Source: Candidatus Eiseniibacteriota bacterium
GTDB lineage: Bacteria; Eisenbacteria; RBG-16-71-46; SZUA-252
Assembly (NCBI GenBank): GCA_963703225.1
Contig: OY969801.1
Coordinates: 804,001 to 868,000, forward strand
DNA: 64,000 nt
Direction: 5' to 3'
Position 1 is the stretch's first letter; each line of letters begins with the position of its first letter. The translations under genes were made by a program, and so were the position numbers. A model generated the notes under the pieces. It ran no database searches and was not told the origin of the DNA. It saw only the letters and a list, made by a program, of their open reading frames with translations. Below are positions 8,532-18,217 of the stretch, piece by piece.

Positions 8532-9419
8532 ATGCAGGGCCGTATCCCGGTTGCAGTCGCCATCGCCGCGATGCTGTGCATTCCCTTAAGCAGGATTGTG
8601 CCCTCGGCGCTGGCGGAACCGCTCCCGCCGAACCAGCGCGACCGCGAGGACGGAATTCCGACCTCGATGCTGGGGTCCTATGTTCAACGCCACGAGCTCT
8701 TGATCTATCCCTCCTACGAATACGTGACCGATCACAACATGGAGTACAACCCTGCAAACCTGGGCTACGGGCTGCAGGAGGATTTCCGCGGAAAGTTTCG
8801 CTCGTCCTCGGGAGGGATCTTCTTTGCTTACGGGGTTACTCGCAAGATCGCGCTGGAGTTCGAGACGGCGTACGAGAAGGCGTCACTCGAGAAGTCTCCC
8901 AGCGACCCATCGACGACTCCCGGCGAGATCAAGGAATCGGGGCTAGCCGACATCGAAGGACAAGTTCGGATCCGGCTGGCCGAGGAGCGCCGCAAGCGGC
9001 CGGAGATATACACGTTCGTCGAAATCACCGCGCCCACCCAGAGAGACGCGCTCCTTATCGGGAGCCCGGACTGGGATGCGCGCCCGGGCATCGGGTTGAT
9101 TCACGGATACCCCTGGGGCACGATGACGATCTGGTCCACGCTCGAGTACAACCGGGAACAGTCGGCCATCCAGGAACCGGCGCACTTCGATATCGGAGAG
9201 ACGGCCATCGAGTACCTGAGGCGCTTTTCGCGGTCCTGGCTGTTCAGCATGGCGTGGGAAGGCGGCGAAGGGGGTGCGCCAGACGAGTGGGAGCTGCGCA
9301 CCGGGATCCAGGGGCCCCTCGCCCATTGGGCGCACTTGAAGATCATCAACTCGGTGGGAGTCTTCTCGAAGTCTCCCGACTGGACGCTGCAAGCCGGGTT
9401 GATGTTCACCATGAAGTGA
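8532..9419 (+). CDS. secreted hypothetical protein
   Basis: 295 aa; AGGAGG-like RBS; N-terminal signal peptide (AVAIAAMLCIPLSRIVPSALA); no recognised catalytic motif. Confidence 0.55.
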   Translation: MQGRIPVAVAIAAMLCIPLSRIVPSALAEPLPPNQRDREDGIPTSMLGSYVQRHELLIYPSYEYVTDHNMEYNPANLGYGLQEDFRGKFRSSSGGIFFAYGVTRKIALEFETAYEKASLEKSPSDPSTTPGEIKESGLADIEGQVRIRLAEERRKRPEIYTFVEITAPTQRDALLIGSPDWDARPGIGLIHGYPWGTMTIWSTLEYNREQSAIQEPAHFDIGETAIEYLRRFSRSWLFSMAWEGGEGGAPDEWELRTGIQGPLAHWAHLKIINSVGVFSKSPDWTLQAGLMFTMK

Positions 9420-9479
9420 GATCACGGCTGGCCACTCCCGAAGAGGCGGGGACCGCCCAAATGGTCTAAGGTCGGAGTA

Positions 9480-10580
9480 TTGAAAACCTCCGACTTCGAT
9501 TACGACCTTCCCAAAGAACGGATCGCGCAGCACCCGGCGGCGACCCGCGACGCGTCCCGCCTCTTGATCCTCGATCGCGCGAGCGGCGCGATCGCCCACA
9601 GGACCTTCCGCGACCTCCCCGAGTTCCTGCGCCCGGGCGATCTTCTGGTCGTCAACGACACGCGGGTGATTCCGGCGCGGCTCTTTGGGCGGCTCCACCC
9701 CGAGCCCGGGGGCGAGGGCCGCGGGGGCGTGCCGAGCACCGCGAGCCAACCGACCCCGGACCGCGAAATCGAGCTGCTCCTCCTCCGCGAAGAGCCGGCG
9801 GTGGCGCCGGAGCGGATCTGGTCCGCGCTCGCCAAACCCGCCCGCGCGCTCCACCCCGGCGCCATCGTGCGCTTTGTCGATCCCTCCTACGAAGCCGCCA
9901 TCATCTCGATTGGAGAGCGGGGCGTCCGCCGCGTCTCCTTCCGCCCCGCCCAGGACGCCACCTTTCCGTTCGAGGTCTGGCTCGCCCGCGTTGGGCACGT
10001 GCCGCTGCCTCCCTACATCGATCGCTCCGACGAGCCGGGCGACCGCGAGCGCTACCAGACGATCTTCGCCCGCGAAGGTGGATCGGTGGCGGCCCCCACC
10101 GCGGGGCTTCACTTCACCGACGAGACTCTCGCGGCGGTCCGCTCCAGAGGAGCAGCCGTCGAGACCGTGACCCTCCACGTCGGTGCGGGCACGTTTCGGC
10201 CCGTGGCCACCGAAGACCCCGCCGAGCACCTGCTCGACCCCGAGCCCTATCGCGTGCCGCCCGAGACCGCGGCGGCGCTCCAAGCCAACCTGGGCCGCGT
10301 GATCGCCGTGGGCACGACTTCGGTCCGGACCCTCGAGTCGTGGGCCCTCGACGGCCGGCTCGACGACGGCGCGTGGCGTGAGACCGGCCTCTTCATCCTT
10401 CCCCCGTTCCGCTTTCAAGTCGTCCAGGGGCTCGTCACCAACTTCCACCTGCCCCGCTCGAGCCTCCTCATGCTGGTCTGCGCGTTCGCCGGCCGCGAAC
10501 CGGTCCTCGCCGCCTACAACACCGCGGTCCGCGAGGGCTACCGCTTCTATTCCTACGGAGACGCGATGCTGATCCTGTAG
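9480..10580 (+). CDS. queA: tRNA preQ1(34) S-adenosylmethionine ribosyltransferase-isomerase QueA
   Basis: 366 aa; N-terminal MKTSDFDYDLPKERIAQHP and C-terminal GYRFYSYGDAMLIL typical of QueA; TTG start. Confidence 0.9.
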   Translation: MKTSDFDYDLPKERIAQHPAATRDASRLLILDRASGAIAHRTFRDLPEFLRPGDLLVVNDTRVIPARLFGRLHPEPGGEGRGGVPSTASQPTPDREIELLLLREEPAVAPERIWSALAKPARALHPGAIVRFVDPSYEAAIISIGERGVRRVSFRPAQDATFPFEVWLARVGHVPLPPYIDRSDEPGDRERYQTIFAREGGSVAAPTAGLHFTDETLAAVRSRGAAVETVTLHVGAGTFRPVATEDPAEHLLDPEPYRVPPETAAALQANLGRVIAVGTTSVRTLESWALDGRLDDGAWRETGLFILPPFRFQVVQGLVTNFHLPRSSLLMLVCAFAGREPVLAAYNTAVREGYRFYSYGDAMLIL

Positions 10581-10844
10581 CCGCCAGGGTCCCCGGCTTC
10601 GTTCTGCACGGCGCATCGCAATTCGCTCAAGTTTTCGCCGCATTTGCCGATCCATTGTTCAAGCAATCCCCGCCGATTCCATCCGTTAACTCCCCGCAAA
10701 ACAACGACTTAATCCGATCCTGCCCGCATGGCTCGAAACGGGCACGAGCATTGCCCTCTCCTTGGCTCAGGAGTGGCCGGAAGGGGCGCGTCCAGGGGGA
10801 CACGCGATCCGGCCCAAACGGGGAGCACAGGGAGGGATACCGAG

Positions 10845-11000
10845 ATGACCCGCGTCAAGACCCGCAGCAGGAAGGGAAGCCGCTCCCGTCGCGCGAGCGA
10901 CGACCGCACGGTGGCCGTCGAGGAGATCCGGAACCGCCGCTACATCGCGTTCGTGCGCGCCATCGTCGGCGCCGCTCGGGTTCGCAATTCGTCTCGCTAG
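10845..11000 (+). CDS. small basic hypothetical protein (51 aa)
   Basis: ATG at 10845 preceded by AGGGAGGG RBS; MTRVKTRSRKGSRSRRASDD...; sits in a 435-bp gap between queA and fliN; function unknown. Confidence 0.25.
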   Translation: MTRVKTRSRKGSRSRRASDDRTVAVEEIRNRRYIAFVRAIVGAARVRNSSR

Positions 11001-11015
11001 GGGGAGAGGGCTGAC

Positions 11016-11327
11016 GTGTCGCGCTTACTCACACCAGAAGAGATCAAAGCCCTGCTCGCCGTTGACGAGCCCTGCGTCCCGGCGCCGCGGGAGCGGTTTC
11101 GCATCGTCGTCGACGCGGGTCACGCCGACTTGACGCCCGAGGATGTCGCGGGCCTCAAGCCGGGCTCGACGATCCCGCTCAACCGAAAGTCGGGCGAGCC
11201 TGTCGAGATCGTGGCCAACGCCGTCACCGTCGCACGAGGAGAGCTAGTGGAGATCGGCGGCAGGATCGCCGTGCGCGTCCTGTCCATGGAGAACCCGCCG
11301 GATCGGGCAGGGAGGTGCCAGTCATGA
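11016..11327 (+). CDS. fliN: flagellar motor switch protein FliN-like (SpoA domain)
   Basis: 103 aa; GTG start after GGGGGAGAGGG; SpoA core GSTIPLNRKSGEPVEIVANAVTVARGELVEIGGRIAVRV. Confidence 0.7.
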   Translation: MSRLLTPEEIKALLAVDEPCVPAPRERFRIVVDAGHADLTPEDVAGLKPGSTIPLNRKSGEPVEIVANAVTVARGELVEIGGRIAVRVLSMENPPDRAGRCQS

Positions 11328-11677
11328 ACCCGACCTTCGTCTACACCGTCGCGATCGCGGTCGCGGCCGTCACCATTTACGGCGTCCTGCGCGCGTGGTC
11401 GCGCCGGGAGGAAGCGGAGAGCGAATCCTCCGACGAGGCGCCTCCGGAGATCCGCGTCCTCACCCGCTCGCGCATGGGGCGTGGACGCACGCTCGTCGTC
11501 GTGGAGGTGGAGGGGCGTCGACTCCTGCTCGGGTCGACCCGCTCGGAGTGGTGCGCCCTCGCCGATCTCGGCACGGGGCCGGCCAAGCCGTCGGACGATC
11601 CCTTTGCCCCATTCGATGCCGAGCTGACGCGCGCCATGCACGCGACGCGGTACCGGAAGGGATGGAAGCACTCGTGA
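11324..11677 (+). CDS. fliO: flagellar biosynthesis protein FliO-like
   Basis: ATG at 11324 overlaps fliN stop (ATGA), GGAGG upstream; single N-terminal TM helix then LVVVEVEGRRLLLG motif. Confidence 0.55.
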   Translation: MNPTFVYTVAIAVAAVTIYGVLRAWSRREEAESESSDEAPPEIRVLTRSRMGRGRTLVVVEVEGRRLLLGSTRSEWCALADLGTGPAKPSDDPFAPFDAELTRAMHATRYRKGWKHS

Positions 11678-11832
11678 TCCTGGCCCGCGCTCACGCGCTC
11701 GGGGAACCGAGCAGAAGTTGGGCGCCGCGGGTGCCGGACACGCGGAATTGGCCGCGCCAGAACGCGCGGCGCTGCTCCAAGTAGCGTCGAAGGTGCTCTT
11801 TAGATCGCGGCATACGCCTTGCTCTATCCGCC

Positions 11833-12840
11833 ATGTCCACCACGACGATTACCGGACCTGAGCATCCAGCTCCGAGGAACGAAGGAATGAGCGACATCAC
11901 CGGGAAAATCGAAGGGAAGGCAAAGCCAAGCGCTTCCGCCGGGCGAAGCCGGAACAAGGCCGGGAAACCGGCCCGGCCCCGGAGAGCCGCAAGAGCGGCG
12001 TTCGCCCCACCTCCGTCGCGCCCCCGCCGCCGCGTCATCGCGGTGACCAGCGGAAAGGGCGGCGTGGGCAAGACGAACATCGTGACCAACCTGGCCATCG
12101 CGCTCGCACGCCAGGGAATCCGCGTCCTGATTCTGGACGGGGATCTCGGATTGGCCAACGTCGATCTGCTCCTGGGCGTCGCGCCGCAATTCGACCTTCA
12201 GGACGTGATCTTGGGAAACCGGAGCATCCGCGACATCGTTCTCGAGGGGCCCGACGGCATCCGCGTCATTCCCGCCTCGAGCGGCGTCGAGGAGCTGGCG
12301 AACCTGGACGAGTATCGCACCGAAGTGCTCCTTCGCTCCCTCGCGGAGCTGGAGCACGAGACCGACATCATCTTGATCGACTCGCCCTCCGGCATCGGCC
12401 AGCACGCCACGTCGCTCATCCAGGGAGCCGACCGGATCCTCGTCGTGACCACGCCCGAGCCCACTTCCTTCTCCGATGCCTACGCCATGATCAAGGTCCT
12501 CGTGAAGCGGCCGCTTCGCGCCACGCCGGCCCTGCTCGTGAACCAGGCTGACTCCGAAGACGCCGCGCTCGCCGTCGCGCGCCGCGTGAAGGGCGTCGCC
12601 AAGCGCTTCTTGAACCTCGATATCGATTACTGGGGCTACGTCCTCGCGGACGAGTCGGTGCCCAAGTCGGTTCTCCGCCAGGAGCCGTTCCTCTCCACCT
12701 ATCCCTACTCGCCCGCGTCGAGCTGCATCTACCAGCTCGCGCGCCGCGTCCTGGGCCAACCCGACCGCTCCGGCTCGGACGACACGACGCCGGGGCCGTT
12801 CGCCCTCGTTACCCGCGACGAAGTGCCGGAGGAGGTCTAG
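11833..12840 (+). CDS. flhG: MinD/ParA-family ATPase, flagellar number regulator FlhG-like
   Basis: Deviant Walker A TSGKGGVGKT, MinD-like core; basic ~65-aa N-terminal extension (start may be later); followed by fliA as in flhF-flhG-fliA arrangements. Confidence 0.7.
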   Translation: MSTTTITGPEHPAPRNEGMSDITGKIEGKAKPSASAGRSRNKAGKPARPRRAARAAFAPPPSRPRRRVIAVTSGKGGVGKTNIVTNLAIALARQGIRVLILDGDLGLANVDLLLGVAPQFDLQDVILGNRSIRDIVLEGPDGIRVIPASSGVEELANLDEYRTEVLLRSLAELEHETDIILIDSPSGIGQHATSLIQGADRILVVTTPEPTSFSDAYAMIKVLVKRPLRATPALLVNQADSEDAALAVARRVKGVAKRFLNLDIDYWGYVLADESVPKSVLRQEPFLSTYPYSPASSCIYQLARRVLGQPDRSGSDDTTPGPFALVTRDEVPEEV

Positions 12841-12842
12841 GG

Positions 12843-13088
12843 ATGCGGCGCCTCATCATCCGCCTCACCGCCATCACCTCGCTCGCGGCCGCGCTCCTCG
12901 CCGGCGGGATCGGCGTCGTGACAGGGATTTCCTGGCCCGTCGTCGTCCTTCGCTCCGCCCTCGCGCTCGTCATCGTCGTCCTGGTTGGCGGGGGAACGGG
13001 TTTGATTCTCATGAGAACCGCGTTGCGCCGCTACTACGAGCAGCGGCGCGTCACCTCCGGCGACCGGCAGGTCCGGGCCGACCGGTAG
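12843..13088 (+). CDS. small membrane protein (two predicted TM helices)
   Basis: 81 aa; GGAGGAGG RBS; ATG 2 nt after flhG stop; hydrophobic segments LTAITSLAAALLAGGIGVV and ALALVIVVLVGGGTGLIL. Confidence 0.4.
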   Translation: MRRLIIRLTAITSLAAALLAGGIGVVTGISWPVVVLRSALALVIVVLVGGGTGLILMRTALRRYYEQRRVTSGDRQVRADR

Positions 13089-13106
13089 CGCCCGAGGAAC
13101 CCCACC

Positions 13107-13877
13107 ATGGCCTCCATGTCCGTACTGCACACGCTCGCCAATCGACCCCCGCGCTCGAGGAGCAGGAAAGAGCGCCAAAAGGAGGTCGCGCTCAGCAAGT
13201 ACGCGCCGCTGGTCAAGTACGTCGTCGACCGGCTGGCGCTCCACCTACCGAAATCGGTCGAGCGGGACGACCTGATCTCCGCCGCGATCATCGGGCTCTT
13301 CGACGCGCTGGAGAAGTACGACGCGTCCAAGGGCACCAAGTTCGAGACCTACGCCATCTGGCGGATCCGGGGCGCCATCCTGGACGAGCTTCGCTCCCTC
13401 GACTGGGCGTCGCGGTCGATACGACGGAAGGCCCGGAACGTGGAGGAGGTCGCGAGGGATCTGGGCCAGAGACTGGGGCGCGCCGCGACCGAGGAAGAGG
13501 TGGCCGAGGCGCTCAACCTGAGCCCGGTCGAGCTATCGCGGCTCCTCGACGAGGTGCACGGGACCGCGCTCCTCTCCCTATCCAAGTCGGTTTCGAGCGA
13601 CGAGGAGCAGGACTTCATCCAGCTCGAGGACATCGTCGACGACCCCGCGCATCGGGACGCGCTCGATCAGATCGAGACCGAAGAGGCGCGCGAGGTGCTG
13701 CTCGAGACGATCGACGGGCTGCCGGAGCAGCAGCGGCTGGTGGTGGCGCTCTACTACTACGAAGAGATGACGCTGAAGGAGATCGGCGAGGCGCTCCACA
13801 TCTCCGAATCGCGCGTCTCGCAGATCCACACCCGCGCCGTGAAGACCTTGAAGGCCCGTCTGGGCCGCGTTCTCTAG
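13107..13877 (+). CDS. fliA: RNA polymerase sigma factor FliA/WhiG (sigma-28)
   Basis: 256 aa; sigma-70 region 2 (KFETYAIWRIRGAILDELR), region 4 HTH (MTLKEIGEALHISESRVSQIH). Confidence 0.85.
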   Translation: MASMSVLHTLANRPPRSRSRKERQKEVALSKYAPLVKYVVDRLALHLPKSVERDDLISAAIIGLFDALEKYDASKGTKFETYAIWRIRGAILDELRSLDWASRSIRRKARNVEEVARDLGQRLGRAATEEEVAEALNLSPVELSRLLDEVHGTALLSLSKSVSSDEEQDFIQLEDIVDDPAHRDALDQIETEEAREVLLETIDGLPEQQRLVVALYYYEEMTLKEIGEALHISESRVSQIHTRAVKTLKARLGRVL

Positions 13878-13883
13878 CGATCC

Positions 13884-14769
13884 ATGACCAAGACCATCGA
13901 CGCCACCTCCCTGAAGCGCGTCACCGAGGGGATGGTCGCGCTTCCGACCCTCCCGCTCGTCGCCTACCGCGTCATCGAGGCGGTGGCGCAGCCCGAGACC
14001 AGCTCCGAGGAAGTGGCCCGGATCCTCGCCCTCGACCCCTCGCTCACCGCGCGCACGCTTCGCCTGGCCAACTCCGATTTCTACGGGTTCCCGCGGAAGG
14101 TGGGGAGCGTCGATTTGGCGGTCGTCGTCCTGGGATCGAACACCCTCCGCGACCTCGTCTTGAGCGCGTCCGTATTCAAGACCCTCGGCGAGAGCGACGA
14201 GGAGATGGAAGGGCTCTGGAACCACTCGCTCGCGTGCGGCGTGGCCGCGCGGTCCCTCGCCGACCGGTGCGGCTACCGGTTGAGCAGCGAGGCCTACGCG
14301 GCGGGGCTGCTTCACGACATTGGAAAGGTTGTACTGCGCCAGACCGACCCCGAGCGCTTTCGGGCGGTGGTCGCGATGGTGCGGGAGCAGGGGGAGGCGA
14401 TGGAGGACGCGGAGCGAGGCCTGTTCGGCTCGAGCCACGCCGAGGTTGGCGCGTGGCTCGCCGAGCGGTGGGGACTTCCCGCCGACCTCGTGGAAGCAAT
14501 CGCCTGCCATCACCGGCCGGAGGCCGCGACACGGAACGAGGAGCTCGCGGCGCTGGTACACGTCGCCAATTCCCTCACGGAGCGGGCGGGGCTTTCGTGG
14601 CCCAACGGGGTCGATGACGCGCCCCATCTCGCCCTCGACGTGGGAGCTGGTGGAGGCCGACGAGCGGCGTCGAGAGACGCTTCTGGAAGAGCTCGTCGAG
14701 GACGTGGTCCGCGAGACCGAGCGGGAGCGAACGCTCTTCGCCGAATTCCGCGGCCCACAGGAGGATTGA
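13884..14769 (+). CDS. HDOD domain signalling protein; frame disrupted near 14585-14645
   Basis: HDOD motifs (ILALDPSLTARTLRLANSDFYG, GLLHDIGKVVL, ACHHRPE); C-terminal 40 aa (WELVEADERRRETLLEELV...) lie in the +1 frame ending at 14769 just before next start. Confidence 0.65.
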
Positions 14770-14773
14770 GTTC

Positions 14774-15139
14774 ATGGGCGTCGCCGCAACCAAGTCCGCG
14801 CACGATCGCGCGATCGAGATCCGGGTCCGTTTCGAGCCCGGCCTGGGAGCGTCTCTCTACGCGTCGCTCCAGGACGGCGAGGTGAGCCCGGTCACGGTCG
14901 CGAAGACGCTGGGGCGCGGCCGCGCGATCTTGCGCTACCACGGCTACACGCTGATGGCGCATGGCGCACCGGACTGGAAGGTCGGGGACACGTTCTCCGT
15001 GTTCGTGAAGGAAATGGGACCGCCGCTGGTGCTGGCGCCGGTGGGCCCAGGGAGCCAGGGAGGGAAGCCGGTCGCCACGGTCGAAACGGCGGTGGTGCCA
15101 GGAGTTGTCGATCGTCCCGGGAACGGCATCCGGCCCTGA
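14774..15139 (+). CDS. hypothetical protein
   Basis: 121 aa; ATG 5 nt after upstream stop; no recognised motif. Confidence 0.4.
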   Translation: MGVAATKSAHDRAIEIRVRFEPGLGASLYASLQDGEVSPVTVAKTLGRGRAILRYHGYTLMAHGAPDWKVGDTFSVFVKEMGPPLVLAPVGPGSQGGKPVATVETAVVPGVVDRPGNGIRP

Positions 15140-15164
15140 TCGAGAGAGGCCAAGGAGGAAGGCC

Positions 15165-16412
15165 ATGAAGCAGCGCAATGGAGCAGGCTCGAAGCGGCTG
15201 GTGGAGGCGACCGAACGATTCATCCGTTCGGAGCAGAAGCTACTCGAGGTGTTGGGCGATCGTCGCATCCTCAAGAAGGCCGAGTGCGAGCACTTCGCGA
15301 AGGATCTGTCCCTCTCCGCCGCGAAAAAGCGGTCGTCGGACGTCTTCGCGAGCGCGGTCTCGATCAACCGCAAGCTGATGGGCATTCTCTCCAAGTCCCG
15401 CAATGCGGGGGCGCGCCCCGTCTCCGACTCGGACGTGCTCGCCGAGCTGGGCCGGATCACGCAATCAACCGTCGATCCGGTCGAGGCGTTCCGCGAGGCG
15501 CTCCTCCAGATCAGAACCGCGATCCCATTCGAGAATTCCACCCTCTTCCTCCTGAACCGCGAGTCCCAGGTCCTGGAGGAGGTGGTCTCGATCGGCAGCC
15601 GGGTCGATCTCATCGGCCACGTCCGCTTCGACCGCGGCAGGGGCTTCTCCTCGTGGGTGGCCCAGCAGCGAAAGCCGGTCCTTCTGAACGACCTCCATCG
15701 CGAAGGGGGCCCCGATTCGGTCTGCCTGCGCTCCTTCCTCTCGGTGCCGATCCTGGTCCAGACCGAGGTGGTGGGGGTCGTCAACATGAGCCACTCGCGC
15801 CCAGGCGCCTTTGACGAGGAGAGCGCGAACCGGTTGGCGTTGATGGCCATGCCGATCTCGGCGGTCGCGATCCGGATGCTGCTCCGCCGCGAGCGGGAGC
15901 GGCTCACCACGACCGACGACGTCACGACCCTCTACAACAAGCGCCACTTTGACCGGAATCTCGAGGCGGAGGTCGGCAAGGCGAAGCGCTACGGCCACAA
16001 GGTGTCGGTGGTCGTGCTCGATGTCGACGGCACGCTGGAGCGGAAGGGTCGACACGGGCAGGGGATCGGGGACCAGGTTCTCTCGGACATGGGACGGCTC
16101 CTCAAGCGCTCGGCCCGCGGAACCGACTGCGTCGCGCGCTACCAGGGGGACGAATTCCGGATCCTCCTTCCGCACACCGACGCCGCGAGGGCCAAGGTGG
16201 CGGCGGAGCGTCTCCGCGGGGTCGTGGAGCGGCACGCCTTCCCGCGACGGAAGAAGCTGACCGTTCACGTCGGCGTCGCGACCTATCCGGTCGAGGCCGT
16301 CGATCCGAGCACCATCGTCCCGCAGGTCGAGCCGGAGGCCGCCGTGGTGGCGGGCAAGGCGGACGGGCCGGTTCCGCCTCCGGACGACCGGAACGGCGCG
16401 GCCGTCAACTAG
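15165..16412 (+). CDS. GAF domain-containing diguanylate cyclase (GGDEF)
   Basis: ATG at 15165 after AAGGAGGAAGG; GAF-like region then GGDEF-family motifs (TTLYNKRHF, RYQGDEFRILLPHTD active-site variant GDEF). Confidence 0.8.
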   Translation: MKQRNGAGSKRLVEATERFIRSEQKLLEVLGDRRILKKAECEHFAKDLSLSAAKKRSSDVFASAVSINRKLMGILSKSRNAGARPVSDSDVLAELGRITQSTVDPVEAFREALLQIRTAIPFENSTLFLLNRESQVLEEVVSIGSRVDLIGHVRFDRGRGFSSWVAQQRKPVLLNDLHREGGPDSVCLRSFLSVPILVQTEVVGVVNMSHSRPGAFDEESANRLALMAMPISAVAIRMLLRRERERLTTTDDVTTLYNKRHFDRNLEAEVGKAKRYGHKVSVVVLDVDGTLERKGRHGQGIGDQVLSDMGRLLKRSARGTDCVARYQGDEFRILLPHTDAARAKVAAERLRGVVERHAFPRRKKLTVHVGVATYPVEAVDPSTIVPQVEPEAAVVAGKADGPVPPPDDRNGAAVN

Positions 16413-16430
16413 AGGACGAGCACGGAGCCC

Positions 16431-18151
16431 ATGGAACAGAAGACTCAAACCACCGAGCCGACGCCGAGCACGGCCGCCCACCCACGGGCGCGGGTCCTGG
16501 TCGTGGACGATGAGGTCCAGGTCGTCCAGATCTTCCAGGATCTCCTGACCCAGCAGGGATACGTGGTCGAGTCGTGCGACAACGGCGACGACGCGATCCT
16601 CAAGGTGACCAAGGGGAAGTTCGACCTCGTCCTCACCGACATCAACCTGCCCGGCGTGGATGGCCTGGAGGTGATCCGGGCGGCCAAGGCCGCGGACAAG
16701 GACACCTGCGTCATCCTGATCACCGGCTACGCTTCCACCACCACCGCGATCGACGCGCTCCGCCAGGGCGCCTACGACTACATCACCAAGCCGTTCGATC
16801 TCTGGGAAACGCTCAAGGCGATCGAGCGGGGGCTGGAAAGCCGCCTGCTCACGCAGGAGAACCGGCGGCTGATCGGCGAGCTGGAGTCGGCCAACGTCGG
16901 GCTCCAGCAGCACGAGGATGATTCTCCGCCGCAAGGTGGCCCGCGCCACCGACCGGATGGCGGCGCTCCTGGAAGCGGGGAAGGCGATCTCGACCAGCCT
17001 GAGCCTCCAGAGCACGCTCGAGGTGGTGGTGGCGCAGGCCGCGCGGCTCGCCTCGGCGCGCGCCTGCCTCCTCTTCCTCCACGACGCCGCGTCGGACGAA
17101 TACGCCGCCGAGGCGGCCCTGGGCGTGCCCGAGGAGAGCCTCAAGCTGCTCCGGTTCCAGATGGGGATCGGCTATCACGGCCAGGTGGTCCAGAGCGCCC
17201 AGCCCGCGCTGGTGGAGAACCTGGGCGAGGCCGTTGGCACCGAGGAGATGCTCGCTTCGCTCAAGCCAACCGGCGCGCTGATCGTCCCCCTCCAAGGGAA
17301 CGAGAGCGTGATCGGGACGATCACCTGCCTCGACCACGACGGTGGCGCCTTCAGCACGGACGACCAGGACGTGCTCAAGATGCTCGCCAGCCAGGCCACG
17401 ATCGCGATCACCAACGCGATCCTCTTCGAGCGGACCAAGGAGCTGGACCGGCTCAAGTCGGAGTTCGTCGCGGTCGTGTCGCACGAGGTGCGGACGCCGC
17501 TCACCTCGATCAAAGGCTCGCTCGAGCTTCTGGGGGACGACCGCTTCCACAAGCTGCCCCCGCCGCAGAAGGAGCTGCTCAGCATCTGCCAGGCGAACAC
17601 CGAGCGGCTGATCAACCTGATCAACGACATTCTCGACTTCTCCAAGCTCGAGTCGTCCAAGCTCTCGCTCAACATCGAGGCGATCGACGCCGGCGCGGTC
17701 CTGATCGAGGCGGTCGAGAACATCCGAAACCTCGCGGCCCAGAAGGAAGTCGGGATCGACCTGAAGGTGGATCCCAGCACCGGCAACGATCGAGGCCGAC
17801 CCGATGCGCATCGGCCAGGTCGCCACCAACCTCCTCGGGAACGCGATCAAGTTCTCGCCCGAGCGGAGCCGCATCGAGATCTTCGCCTCCGGAGACGAGG
17901 GCCAGATCACGATCTCGGTGAAAGACTACGGCCGGGGCATTTCGCAGCGCGACTTGAGCCGCCTCTTCCAGCGCTTCGCCCAGCTCGATTCCTCCACCAC
18001 CCGGAAGGCCGGCGGAACGGGGCTGGGCCTGGTCATCTCCAAGGGGATCGTCGAGCAGCACGGCGGCAAGATCTGGGTCGAGTCGGCCGTCGGCGAGGGC
18101 TCCACGTTCTCCTTCTCGCTCCCCCGGCGGCGGGTGGAAGCGGCCGCGTAG
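16431..18151 (+). CDS. hybrid response regulator-GAF-histidine kinase; two frame disruptions (near 16905-16925 and 17780-17795)
   Basis: REC domain (VLVVDDE...DLVLTDINLPGVDG...ITKPF), GAF, HisKA (VSHEVRTPLTSI), HATPase_c (GNAIKFSP...GGTGLGLVISKGIV...GEGSTFSF) spread over three reading frames without intervening stops in each segment. Confidence 0.7.
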
Positions 18152-18217
18152 CCGCACCTCTCTCCAAGACCACTTCCCGCTTGGGCGCCGGGCCGGGCGC
18201 CGCTAGTATCCACCCGC

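Noticed and set aside
8943-10655. 570-aa ORF on the minus strand
   Set aside because: Antisense to queA and the upstream secreted protein; no motifs; GC-driven open frame.
14510-17144. Two long minus-strand ORFs (14510-15925, 15465-17144)
   Set aside because: Antisense to the GGDEF and hybrid kinase genes whose motifs are clear on the plus strand.
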